Source: the human T2T-CHM13v2.0 reference genome, Homo sapiens. From it: a DNA stretch of 64,000 nucleotides. The translations under genes and the position numbers were made by a program. How positions within the stretch are numbered: the stretch's first letter is position 1; each line of letters begins with the position of its first letter. The stretch lies in NCBI RefSeq assembly GCF_009914755.1, contig NC_060926.1. One strand, written 5' to 3'. The notes under the pieces were generated by a model. It made no database searches. It saw only the letters and a program-made list of their open reading frames with translations, and was not told the DNA's origin. This document shows, one piece after another, positions 15,904-27,459 of the stretch.

Positions 15904-16384
15904 CACTGATCCTAGAAGAGTATGTCAATGGTCAACTATGCCTTTTTTCACGGGAAGTATTTGTGTTGTGATCCTAGACCTTTTGTTTAAGAATTCTTTC
16001 CCCTCTCTCTATGAAATCCCTAATTATTTAGCCGAGGCTTGTCCCTCTGATTCAATTCTATTAAATTTACCTGTGGAGAACTTGGCCCTGCAAGGTGTAA
16101 TAGCATTAAGCTTGGGGATAGGGAAGAGAATGAGCAAATACTATTCATCACAACATTCCTTTTCAAACCCCAGGAAAAGAAACTTGGACAGCTCCTCCAG
16201 CTGCTAGAGTAATAGGTCTTTGGCAGGCGCCCCCAACCCCTGTCTACGCTTTGTTAACCCCTAACAGGAAGAAGAAATACAATACAGGCTCAGGGCTCCA
16301 GACTACTAAAACAAGTGATGAGGATAATAGCTAAGGTTTCTTTATATTTTTGGGGGGGATTAAAAAATTGATTAAAAAATTGTA

Positions 16385-16740
16385 CAGTTATTGTACACAG
16401 TAACTGTACAAATGTATGGGGTACATGTGCTATTTTGATGTAATGATCAGGGATATCCATCGTTTCAAACAATTATTATTCATTTGTGTTGGGAACCTTC
16501 TAAAGCTTCTCTTCTAGCTATTTTGAAATATACAATAAATTATTGTCAACTATAGTTGTCCTACTGTGCTAGGGAACACTAGGACTTATTCTTTCTATCT
16601 AACTGTATTTTTGTACTCATTAGCAAATCTCTCTTCATACCCCCTTACCCTCTACTCTTCCCTTTCTCTGGTAACTAACCACTGTTCTATTCTCTACCTC
16701 CATGAGATCAAATTTTTTTGGCTCCCACATATTAGAGCGA
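16385..16740 (-). mobile_element. L1MA-type 3'UTR fragment
   Basis: TATGGGGTACATGTG...CTCTTCTAGCTATTTTGAAATATACAATAAATTATTG is the reverse complement of an L1MA 3' end. Confidence 0.8.
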
Positions 16741-17069
16741 ACACTAACAGCTAAGTTTTGTTTCGATGTTGCTTCTAAATATGAAACCTATCTCGGTTTC
16801 TTGGAGTTATTGAAAGTAATGTCTCACTGCAACTGAAAGAATCAAAGTAAGGTCAGCTGAGCAAGGTGAGCCTCCTCTAATTCAGCCAGAGCCTAAATTC
16901 ATGGTGTAATGAAAGATTAGTGTTTTAGGCTTTTTAGCATCTTCCAACTTTTAATATTGAGCACATAACAAGAAAAATGTTTTGAGTATATTCAGAAAAA
17001 AAATGAAAGAAGTTGCCATTCTCAAACAGTGACTCAATCTTCACTACTTGGAGGCTCCGTAAGGACTAA

Positions 17070-18130
17070 TTCATTCATGCACTTACTCAGTAAACATTTA
17101 TTACACATCTCATATGTCCTAGGCTCTACTATAAAAGATGAAGGTGCAAAAATATATATTATTTTTACCTCCAATCAGCTCACAGTTTATCAACTGTAAG
17201 AAAAGACACATACAGGTTGAGAATCCCTTATCTGAAATGCTTGGGGGCAGACATGTTTCAGATTTCAGGTTTCCTGGGATTTTGAAATATTTGTATTATA
17301 CTTACCAGTTCAACATTCTAATCTGGAAATCCGAAATCTGAAACATTCCGATGAGCATTTTCTTTGAGTATCACATTGGTGCTCAAAAAGTTTCAAGTTT
17401 TGCAGCATTTTGGATTTTGATTTTCCAGATTAGAGATGCTCAACCTGTACTAAAATTAGTGCAATAAAATGTTTACAGGTGCTTTCATTGAAATATATAC
17501 AATGTACAGTACGAAATGAAAAAGGGATTGATTACTGGCTGGTGAGGAGCAGGAAAGGCTTCATATAGCAGGTTAGCCTCAACTGATTCTTAATACAAAT
17601 TGGAAAGCTGCAAAAGTATGGAGGAGTTTCAGGCAAAAAGAGCAATTCTTGACAAAGACAACAAACATCCGATATTTCTCAAGACCTGGAAATTGGATGA
17701 TTTAGCAGAGCTGAATCTGAAGGGAACCAAGAAAAAGGAAAATTGTGAGGGGGTCTTGCCCATCACCCTGGTGAATTTGGGCTTTAATATGGAGACAATT
17801 TATTGAAGGGTGTGACACAGAAGTAATAGAAAACCCATTAGAACACACTGTTGGATGAATTCTGGCAAGAAGATGATGGTTTAAAGGTGATAAGGAAGAA
17901 ATGCTGTAGGACTTTCAAAATTCCCAAACACAGGGAAGTTTTAATCAGAAATCTTATTAATTCCAGATTTCTGACTTGCAAGTCTGGATGGACAGGGGTA
18001 ATGTCAGTTGAGTAGACTGCATATTAGAAGAGAGTCTAAAAGATTAGAAAGAGAAGTTAATGATCTCAAGTTAGACACATTGAATATGCCTCGGGGATGT
18101 TAGATGTTTGGAATTTGGCTTGAAGATGAC
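17070..18130 (-). mobile_element. L2 LINE relic, interrupted by Tigger4a
   Basis: TTCATTCATGCACTTACTCAGTAAACATTTATT resembles the L2 tail, followed by purine-rich diverged body sequence. Boundaries are approximate. Confidence 0.6.
17213..17447. mobile_element. Tigger4a/MER46-type MITE (Tc1/pogo)
   Basis: TIRs CAGGTTGAGAATCCCT and AGAGATGCTCAACCTG, TA on both sides, 235 bp. Confidence 0.9.
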
Positions 18131-18382
18131 TAGGTTGCAAACTCACTCTGTGAAGACACCCATTTCTCTGCTATCGTGCAAGGGTAATATTTAACATAAT
18201 CCAGTATGGCAGGGCAAAGAACAATCAGATAGATGCTGCTCAGAGCACAGGGATGTGGTCCTGGATGCCCCTACTGTACCACACATTTCCCTTTAATTCA
18301 TTGATTGGGAAATGCACAGAGGAAGAAGCCAGGCAGCTAAGTCAAGAAAGTATAAGGGTATTTGCAGTCTTTGAGGTAGTGA

Positions 18383-18731
<349 letters not shown>

Positions 18732-18741
18732 AACATTTTAA

Positions 18742-19150
<409 letters not shown>

Positions 19151-20634
19151 TGTTATGACTTTATTTCATCCTTAACTACTTAGTAAAACTTACTAAGAGG
19201 AATTGAAACTAAATAAGGGTGAAAGGAGTCTTTCTCACGCTGCAGTCAGAGTGTATATAAGGATTATTGCATCTCTAAGGGACAGATTTCACGGTAGAAG
19301 CAAGAAGTAGTAGCTCTGAAGCAAATAGAATAGGAGAACCCTTGAGTAACAGTGATGTGACCAACTCTGATCATTGATTGTTTTCTACTGAGGCTAATAG
19401 TAATCCTTCTCAGGCACAGGGATAGAGAATGGATTTGCTCCATCAATGTAGCCAATTCTTTCCCACCATCAGGTTCTGAATCTCACCAATTTTCTCACTG
19501 AGCTTCTAAAGAAAAACATTTTAGAGTGATGCTCCTACAGTGGAAAAAGCTATTCACTTAGGAGTAGGTAAACAGCAAATTACAATTTCTCCACTTGCCC
19601 CATATACACTTTTGTTGATATTTTCCAAAACTTATTGCAGGGATAGCACATTAGAATAAAAAGCTTATGGTACTGGGAATTAAAAAACTTTGGTTCTAGC
19701 ACCAAATTTACACTTTCTAATCATAAAAATAAGACTAACATAAAAATAATATGTTTCTTTAATATAAAATAAGACTAAATATCCTTATCTGAAATAGTGA
19801 TAATGATACCTTCTCATTCAATTTTTATAAAGTTGCTATAAGTAGTATCTTTGAAATATCTGTGAAATAAGTGACATCTTTCACTTTTGCACTTCTATGA
19901 ATCAATTATGTCATTTGGCTACTTTGGATTCCTATTTTCTTATCTAAAAATAAGGGTTATTTCTTCTAAATAGTTTCCTGTATCTTTTCTAAAGCTAACA
20001 TTTTGCAGTGTTACAAACTAAAAAAAGAACATTTTTATGGGTGAAAGTTAATGGTGAGATAGCTTTTTTCCTTTGCCTCTTTTCCCATGGTCCCTGCCTT
20101 CATAAAAGATTAGGCACACCTTGCCTAAATGAAGAGAGCTCTGTCTCTGACATTTACATTATTTCCTGGCTAGGAGAAGATGAAATTTGTACAAATTACA
20201 AGAAAGCGAATCACTGTGCTTACATAAATTACATAAAAATCCAAGACATGCATTATAGAGACATTTGCAAGCTGCTTGTACTTCTGAAATCCAGAAAATT
20301 AATTGCCATTTCCACCAAGGTAAATAATGACACAAAATAGAGGAGGTAGATTTTATTTTTGATGTCTCCTATGTTGATAATTGCAGAGAATTGTGAGATG
20401 ACAGCTTCCTTTTATAGTCAAGCCTCTCAAATCCTATCTTCTCAAAATAGTTTTCCATGAGATCCTCGTCACTTTGCCATCACTTCATTTCTTTATTTCT
20501 GCCTGGTCTTATTGTACAAGTGTAATTATTTGTCCTCACTAATCACACCATAAATGTATCTACTCTTATTATCTATAATTCCTCATATTCCTCATATTTA
20601 TGTAATATGACTTTTCTTATTCCATAGTATTAAA

Positions 20635-20820
20635 TATGGACTAAGGACGTGAGGTCTGGAATAAAACTATGTAACTTCTAGGTGTCTCAGTTTTCTGTAC
20701 CTATAAAATGGGGGTAAAAATTCTCCCAACTTCACCAGACTGATACAAAAATTAAATAAAATAGTCCACAGAGAGCCTTGTACTCAATAAGAGCTCAGTA
20801 AGTGTTAGCTATTATTATTC
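20635..20820 (+). mobile_element. MIR relic
   Basis: Core-like CTCAGTTTTCTGTACCTATAAAATGGGG and tail CTCAGTAAGTGTTAGCTATTATT. Confidence 0.7.
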
Positions 20821-20914
20821 TGCAAAGGAAGTAAGAACAATTCATTAAGTTTGTCATTGAATTTGTGTCCTCTTGGAAACACACTAGGTCAAGGAATTTA
20901 GAAAAGAGTTAGTG

Positions 20915-21179
20915 TGTAATCCCAGCACTTTGGGAGGCCAAGGCGGGCAGATCACAAAGTCAGGAGATCGAGGCCAGCTTGACCAATATGGTGAAACCCT
21001 GTCTCTACTAAAAATACCAAAATTAGCCAGGGGTGGTGGTGCACACCTGTAATCCTGGCTACTCAGGAGGCTGAGGCAGGAGAATTGCTTGAACCTGGGA
21101 GGCGGAGGTTGCGGTGAGCTGAGATCACGCCACTGCCCTCTAGCCTGGGTGACAGAGCAAGACTCTGCCAAAAAAAAAA
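20915..21179 (+). mobile_element. AluS (Sg-like), slightly 5'-truncated
   Basis: Starts TGTAATCCCAGCAC. TSD AGTTAGTGTG on both sides. Confidence 0.94.
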
Positions 21180-22919
21180 AGTTAGTGTGATTCTATGTAA
21201 AGGGTTTTGTTTAGTAGATGACTTATATTAGGCTGTAGACGATTTTAAACTGTATCCTGTGTCTGAGATGATTGATGTCATAATATAAACTCTGAAACAT
21301 ACAAAATGGCCAAAATTATTGAATGAATATTAAAGGGGTTTTTTTGTCAGGCTTAAATTTTGAAAATACAGGTAGAGTGTTTAGCATCGGTTCACTAAAT
21401 ATTGGGTAATTTACTTATTTTTAAAATTAATTTACACTTGAATTTCCATCTTCCCTAAAAGGTTAGTCTTCACTCAGCCCTCTCTCTGTCTTCAGGGGAA
21501 GGTTTTGCTTCCTTGCTTTCCAACTTCCAGTTGTGAGGATATCAGTAGGGATTTGGGAACAGGCAAAGACCCCTGCATTTTCTCACTTCCCTAAACTGTC
21601 TGCCCTGAGTGGAGCTGAACCAGTTTGAGTGAGCCAAGTTATCTGTCAGTGGCTCCGTCCAAGCATCTTGGTGGTAAATGATGACAAATTATGTGAAAGA
21701 ATGCTGTATAAATTTAGAAAGTTTTAATACAGTGACTTAATTTTTCTTTATTGCATAAATATTTTTGCATTATTTAAGGTAATTATAGCCCATTAGTTTG
21801 GAAATGTCATTGATTGGCTACATCCTATTAATATAGACTGTAGATTGGCTGTAAATTTCTCTTTTCTGTTTAAAGTTGTAGATCAAATTCACATAGCTGT
21901 GTGATGGCAGACATAATTAAAGCCATTCCCTATCTCCTCCACTGCCATGGGTACCAAAGACTTTCCATCTCGAAGCAGATGGCTACTGAAGCCACAACAC
22001 TGCTACTGCAGTGCAGATCCAGATGAGTTACTGGATAATAGCTTAAATTTTCTCAAAAAGCAAAAGTGGTTCATATTCCAAATTTCAGACAAACAGGACT
22101 AAAGGATATGTAGAAAAATGTTGCTGAATATGAAAGGTACAAATTCACCCAAGCAAAACAGTTGGACATGAATTAAAATAGGGCAAAAAAGAAAAAAAGA
22201 AAAAAAACAGGAAAGAAAGGCAACACAAGGCACACATGTATGCATTTGTACTTGCATTTCTAATTGCATCATGGAAAGACAAATAGAAATCCACTGTAAA
22301 TATTTTTATATGTATCAACTATTGTCTAGATCCTGGTTTAGCTAAACTAGAAATACAAAAACACTGTTATCGAAAAGAGCTATCCTGACCACTTCACCAC
22401 TGAAGAAAACTTGCTTGCTCCATGCTTGCATGTATCTCTGAGTTTTGTCCTAATAAAAAGGAATAAAAATGATTTTCCAAAGGCCCTTATCTATCAGTGA
22501 TACCTCTTCCATGTGAGGAGGGGAAGCCTTTAATATACTGCTATTGCAGGTCACACCTACTCTTCTACTTACCTAGATTAATTTCTAATTGGATCATGTT
22601 TAGAAAGGGTGTAATAAAGATGAGAGGTTAGCTTTAGAATTTTTTTTGAAAGGTATGTAATGTGCTTTAGCAATACATTTGTTGGTAAAGTCCATCCCAG
22701 TTCATTCAAAAGGAATGGAATTTTGGTTTTGTTTCATACGGGGTGTTTGCATTTCCAGATTTTATCAAAAGACAACATTTTTAACAAATGGCATAATTCC
22801 AGTCAAATTTGCTTTATGTCTAGGAAAATACATTTTAATAAATATTTATAGTCTTTCAGTATTGTCAGACTGTTACAGGGAGAAGACGACATATTCAATA
22901 AAGAAGAGATTATGTAAAA

Positions 22920-23141
22920 CATGGGTTGGCAAAATATAGTCCTTAGGCCAAATCTAGCCCGTGGCCTGTTCTGTACTGCCTGCAAACTAAGAATGGTTTT
23001 TACATTTTTAAAGGGATGAAGAAGAAAGAAGAGAAGGGGAGAGGGTTAAGAGAGAGAAAGAAACTAGTGATCGTATATGGACCACAAACCCTACAGTATT
23101 TATTATCTGGCTTGTTACATAAAAAGTTTGTCAAACCTTGG
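22920..23141. mobile_element. MER58A-like hAT-Charlie MITE
   Basis: GGGTTGGCAAAAT...GGCCAAATCTAGCCC...CTAAGAATGGTTTTTACATTTTTAAA...AAAAGTTTGTCAAACCTTG. Confidence 0.8.
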
Positions 23142-23170
23142 TCTAGAAAAACAGAAAGTAATAAGAGGTA

Positions 23171-25481
23171 CAGGCATACTTCTTTCTACCGTGCTTTAGT
23201 TGATTGTACTGCACAGACATTGCATTTTTTACAGATTGAAGGTTTGTGGCAACCCTGCATTGAACAAGTTTATTTTTCTAATAGCATGTACTCACTCCAC
23301 ATCTCTGTTTCTCATTTTGGCAACTCTTGTAATATTTTAAACTTTGTTATAATTATTATATCTATTATGGTTATCTGTGATCAGTGGTCTTTGTTGTCAC
23401 TATTTTAGTTGTTTTGGAGCATCATGAATCATGCCCATATAAGACAATGAACTTAATGGATAAATGTAGGTTCTAACTGCTCTACCAATCAGCCATTACC
23501 CAATCTTTTCCCATCTGCTGGGGCCTTCCTATCCCCTGACATACAGAAATGTTAAAATTATGCCAATTAATAAACTACAATGGCCCCTAAGTGTTTAAGT
23601 AAATGGAAGAGTTGCAAGTCTCTCATTTTAAATCAAAAGCTAGAAATGATTAAGCATAGTGAGGAAGGCATGTTGAAACCCAAGGTAGACTGAAAGCTAG
23701 TCCCCTTGCACCAAACAGATAGCCAAGTTGTGAATGCAGACAAAGAGTTACTTAGACAAACTAAAAGTGCTACTCCAGTGAACACAAATGATAAGAAAGC
23801 AAAACAGCCTTATTGCTGTTATGAAGATCATTTTAGTGGTCTAGATCGATCAAACCAGCCACAGCATTCATCTAGACCAAAGCCTAATCAATAGCAAGGC
23901 CTTAATTCTATGAAGGCTGACAGAAGTAAGGAAGCTGCAGAAGAAAAGTTGGAAGCTAGCAGAGGTTGGTTCATGAGGTATAAGGAAAGAAGGCATCTCC
24001 ATAACATAAAAGTGCATGTGAAGCAGCAAGTGCTGATATAGAAGAAGCTGTAGCAAGTTATCCAGAAGATCTAGCTAAGATAATTGATGAAGGTGGCTCC
24101 ACTAAACAACACATTTTCAATGGAGATTAAACAGCCTTATACTGAAAGAAGATGCCATCTAGGATTTTTATAGCCAGAGAGAAGTCAATGCCTGGCTTCA
24201 AAGCTTCAAAGGTCAGCCTGACTCTCTTTTTAGGGGTTAATGCATCTGGTGACCGGAAATTGAAGCCAATGCTCATTTATGATTCTGAAAATCCTTGGGA
24301 CTGTAAGAATTATACTAAATTTACACTGCCTATGCTCTATAAACGAAACAACAAGGCCCAGATGACAGCACATCTGTTGTCAGCATGGTTTGCGAAATAG
24401 TTTAAGCCCACTGTTAAGATCTACTGCTCAGAAAAAGGAAGATTTCTTCCCAAGTATAATGGCTAATTGACAATACATCTAGTCATCCAAGAGCTGTGAC
24501 AAAAATGTACAAGAAGAACATTGTTTTTATGCCTGCTAATACAACATCCATTATCTAGCCCATAGATCGAGGAGTAATTTGACTTTCAAGTCTTATTATT
24601 TAAGAAATGAATTTCAAAAGGGTATAACTACCACAGATAATGATTCCCTGATTGATCTGGACAAAGTAAATTGAAAATCTTCTGAAAAGGATTCACCATT
24701 TTAGAGGCTATTAAGTACATTTGTGATTCATGGGAGGAGGTCAAAAGAGCAACATTAACAGGACTTTGGAAGAAATTGATTCCAACTCTCATGGATGACT
24801 TTGAAGGGTTCAAGATTTCAATGGAGAAAGTAACTGTATATAAATGTAGTGGAAACAGCAAGATAACTACAATTAGAGTGGAGCTTAAAGATGTGACTGA
24901 ATTGCTGCAATCTCATGTTAAAACTTCAATGGATGAGTAGTTGTTTCTTATGGATGAGCAAATAAAGCAGTTTCTTAAGACAGAATCTACTCATGGTGAA
25001 GGCGTTGTGAACATTATTGAAATGACAACAAACGATTTAGAGTATTATATAAACTTAGTTGATGGAGGAGCAGCAGGGTTTGGGAGAATTGACTCCAATT
25101 TTGAAAGAAGTTCTACAGTAGGTAGAATGTTATCAAACAACTTTGCTAGCTAGAGATAAATCTTTGATGAAAGGAAGAGTCAATAAATAATGGCAAACTT
25201 CACTGTCATCCTATTTTAAGAAATTTCACCATCAGAAAGATTCTGACTCACTAAAGGCTTAGACGATCATTCTCTTTTTTTAGCAATAAAGTATTTTTTA
25301 ATTAAAGCATGTACACTGCTTTTTAGATATAATGCTATTGCAAATTTATTAGACTACAGTGTAGTATAAACATAACTTTTGTACTGGGAAACCAAAAAGT
25401 TTTCATGACTTGCTTTATTACAGCATTCACTTTATTGAAGTGATCTGGAGCTGAACCCATAATATCGTGGAGGTACACCTA
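23171..25481 (+). mobile_element. Near full-length Tigger1 DNA transposon with a dead pogo-like transposase
   Basis: TA-CAGGCATAC start and GAGGTACACCTA-TA end. Transposase remnants include MPSRIFIAREKSMPGFKASK...KLKPMLIY.SENP (24152-24400), with multiple stops and frameshifts. Confidence 0.93.
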
Positions 25482-25911
25482 TACTTGGTAACTTAAGAGT
25501 TTGGTGGTAAGATGCATTAGTGATCTTACTGTAGCAAAGTGAGAAATTTTGGATACATTTTAGAAAGGCAAGAGGATAGGAAATAACACTGGATAGAATG
25601 AAAGGGGTAGAGCAAGATGGTGGAACAGAAGGCCCCACTGACAGTACCCCACATAGGAACACCAAATTCAACAACTGCCTAAAACAAAAAAGCACCTTCA
25701 CAAGAACCAAAAATCAGGTGAGCGCTCACAGTATCTGGTTTTAACTTCACATTGCTAAAAGAGGCACTGAAGAGGAAAAACAGCCTTGAATTGCCAATGC
25801 AACCCCTCACACATCCCCCCACAGCAGCTGCTTAGAAATCTATGTGCTTGGGAAAGGGAGAGTGCAGTGCTTTTGAGATGTTGAATTTAACTCAGTGTTG
25901 CCCTGTCACAG

Positions 25912-27459
25912 TGTGTCCAGAATTGGTGGGTTCTTGGTCTCGCTGACTTCAAGAATGAAGCGGTGGACCCTTGCGGTGAGTGTTACAGCTCTTAAGGTGG
26001 CACGTCTGGAGTTTGTTCCTTCTGATGTTCGGATGTGTTCGGAGTTTCGTCCTTCTGGTGGGTTCGTGGTCTCCTAGGCTCAGGAGTTAAGCTGCAGACC
26101 TTCGCAGTGAGTGTTACAGCTCTCAAGGCTGCGCGTCTGGAGTTGTTCGTTCCTCCCGGTGGGCTCGTGGTCCCGCCGGCTTCAGGAGTGAAGCTGCAGA
26201 CTTTCGCAGTGAGTGTTACAGCTCATAAAAGCAGTGTGGACCCAATGAGTGAGCAGCAGCAAGATTTATTGCAAAGAGTGAAAGAACAAAGCTTCCACAG
26301 TGTGGAAGGGGACCCGAGCAGGTTGCCATTGCTGGCTTGGGCAGCCTGCTTTTATTCTCTTATCTGGCCCCACCCACGTCCTGCTGATTGGTAGAGCCGA
26401 GTGGTCTGTTTTGACAGGGTGCTGATTGGTGTGTTTACAATCCCTGAGCTAGAAACAAAGGTTCTCCAAGTCCCTACCAGATTAGCTAGATACAGAATGT
26501 TGACACAAAGGTTCTCCAAGGCCCCACCAGAATAGGTAGATACAGAGTGTTGATTGGTGCACTCACAAACCCTGAGCTAGACACAGGGTGCTGATTGGTG
26601 TGTTTACAAACCTTGAGCTAGATACAGAGTGCCGATTGGTGTATTTACGATCCCTGAGCTAGACATAAAGTTTCTCTAAGGCCCCACCACAGTAGCTAGA
26701 TACAGAGTGTCGATTGGTGCATTCACAGACCCTGAGCTAAATACAGGGTGCTGATTGGTGTGTTTACAATTCCTGAGCTAGACATAAAGGTTCTCCACCT
26801 CTCCACCAGACTCAGGAGCCCAGCTGGCTTCACCCAGTGGATCCCTCACGGGGGCTGCAGGTGGAGCTGCCTGCCAGTCCCACGCCATGCGCCCACACTC
26901 CTCAGCCCTTGGGTGGTCAATGGGACTGGGTGCCGTGGAGCAGGGGGTGGTGCTCGTCGGGGAGGCTCGGGCCGCACAGGAGCCCATGGAGTGGGTGGGA
27001 AGGTCAGGCATGGCGGGCTGCAGGTCCCGAGCCCTGCCCCGTGGGAAGGCAGCTAAGGCCCAGTGAGAAATCAAGCGCAGCGCTGGTGGGCTGGCACTGC
27101 TGGGGGACCCAGTACACCCTCCGCAGCCGCTGGCCCGGGTGCTACGCCCCTCATTGCCCGGGGCCGGCAGGGCCCGCCGGCTGCTCCGAGTGCGGGGCCG
27201 CCAAGCCCACGCCCACCCGGAACTCCAGCTGGCCCGCAAGCGCCAGGCGCAGCCCAGATTGCCATTTGCACCTCTCCCTCCACACCTCCCTGCAAGCTGA
27301 GGGAGCCGGCTCTGGCCTTGGCCAGCCCAGAAAGGGGCTCCCACAGTGCAGCGGTGGGCTGAAGGGCTCCTCAGGTGCCGCCAAAGTGGGAGCCCAGGCA
27401 GAGGAGGCGCTGAGAGCGAGCGAGGGCTGTAAGGACTGCCAGCACGCTGCCACCTCTGA
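25912..27459 (-). mobile_element. Solo LTR12C (ERV9/HERV9 LTR), 1548 bp
   Basis: Reverse complement of LTR12C termini: TGTGTCCAGAATTGGTGGGTTCTTGGTCTC at the left and CTGCCAGCACGCTGCCACCTCTGA at the right. 4-bp TSD ACAG at 25908-25911 and 27460-27463. Confidence 0.96.
26350..26760 (-). promoter_or_regulatory. LTR12C U3 promoter/enhancer: 7 CCAAT (NF-Y) boxes, GT-box, GATA, TATA-like AATAAAA
   Basis: GATTGG occurs 7 times in tandem units at 26384-26760. CCCCACCC at about 26368, TTATCT at 26360 and TTTTATT at 26350-26356. Activity cannot be shown from sequence. Confidence 0.7.

Noticed and set aside
26384-26800. Regularly spaced repeats resembling a CRISPR array
   Set aside because: These are the known LTR12 CCAAT-containing tandem units, without unique spacers, in human DNA.
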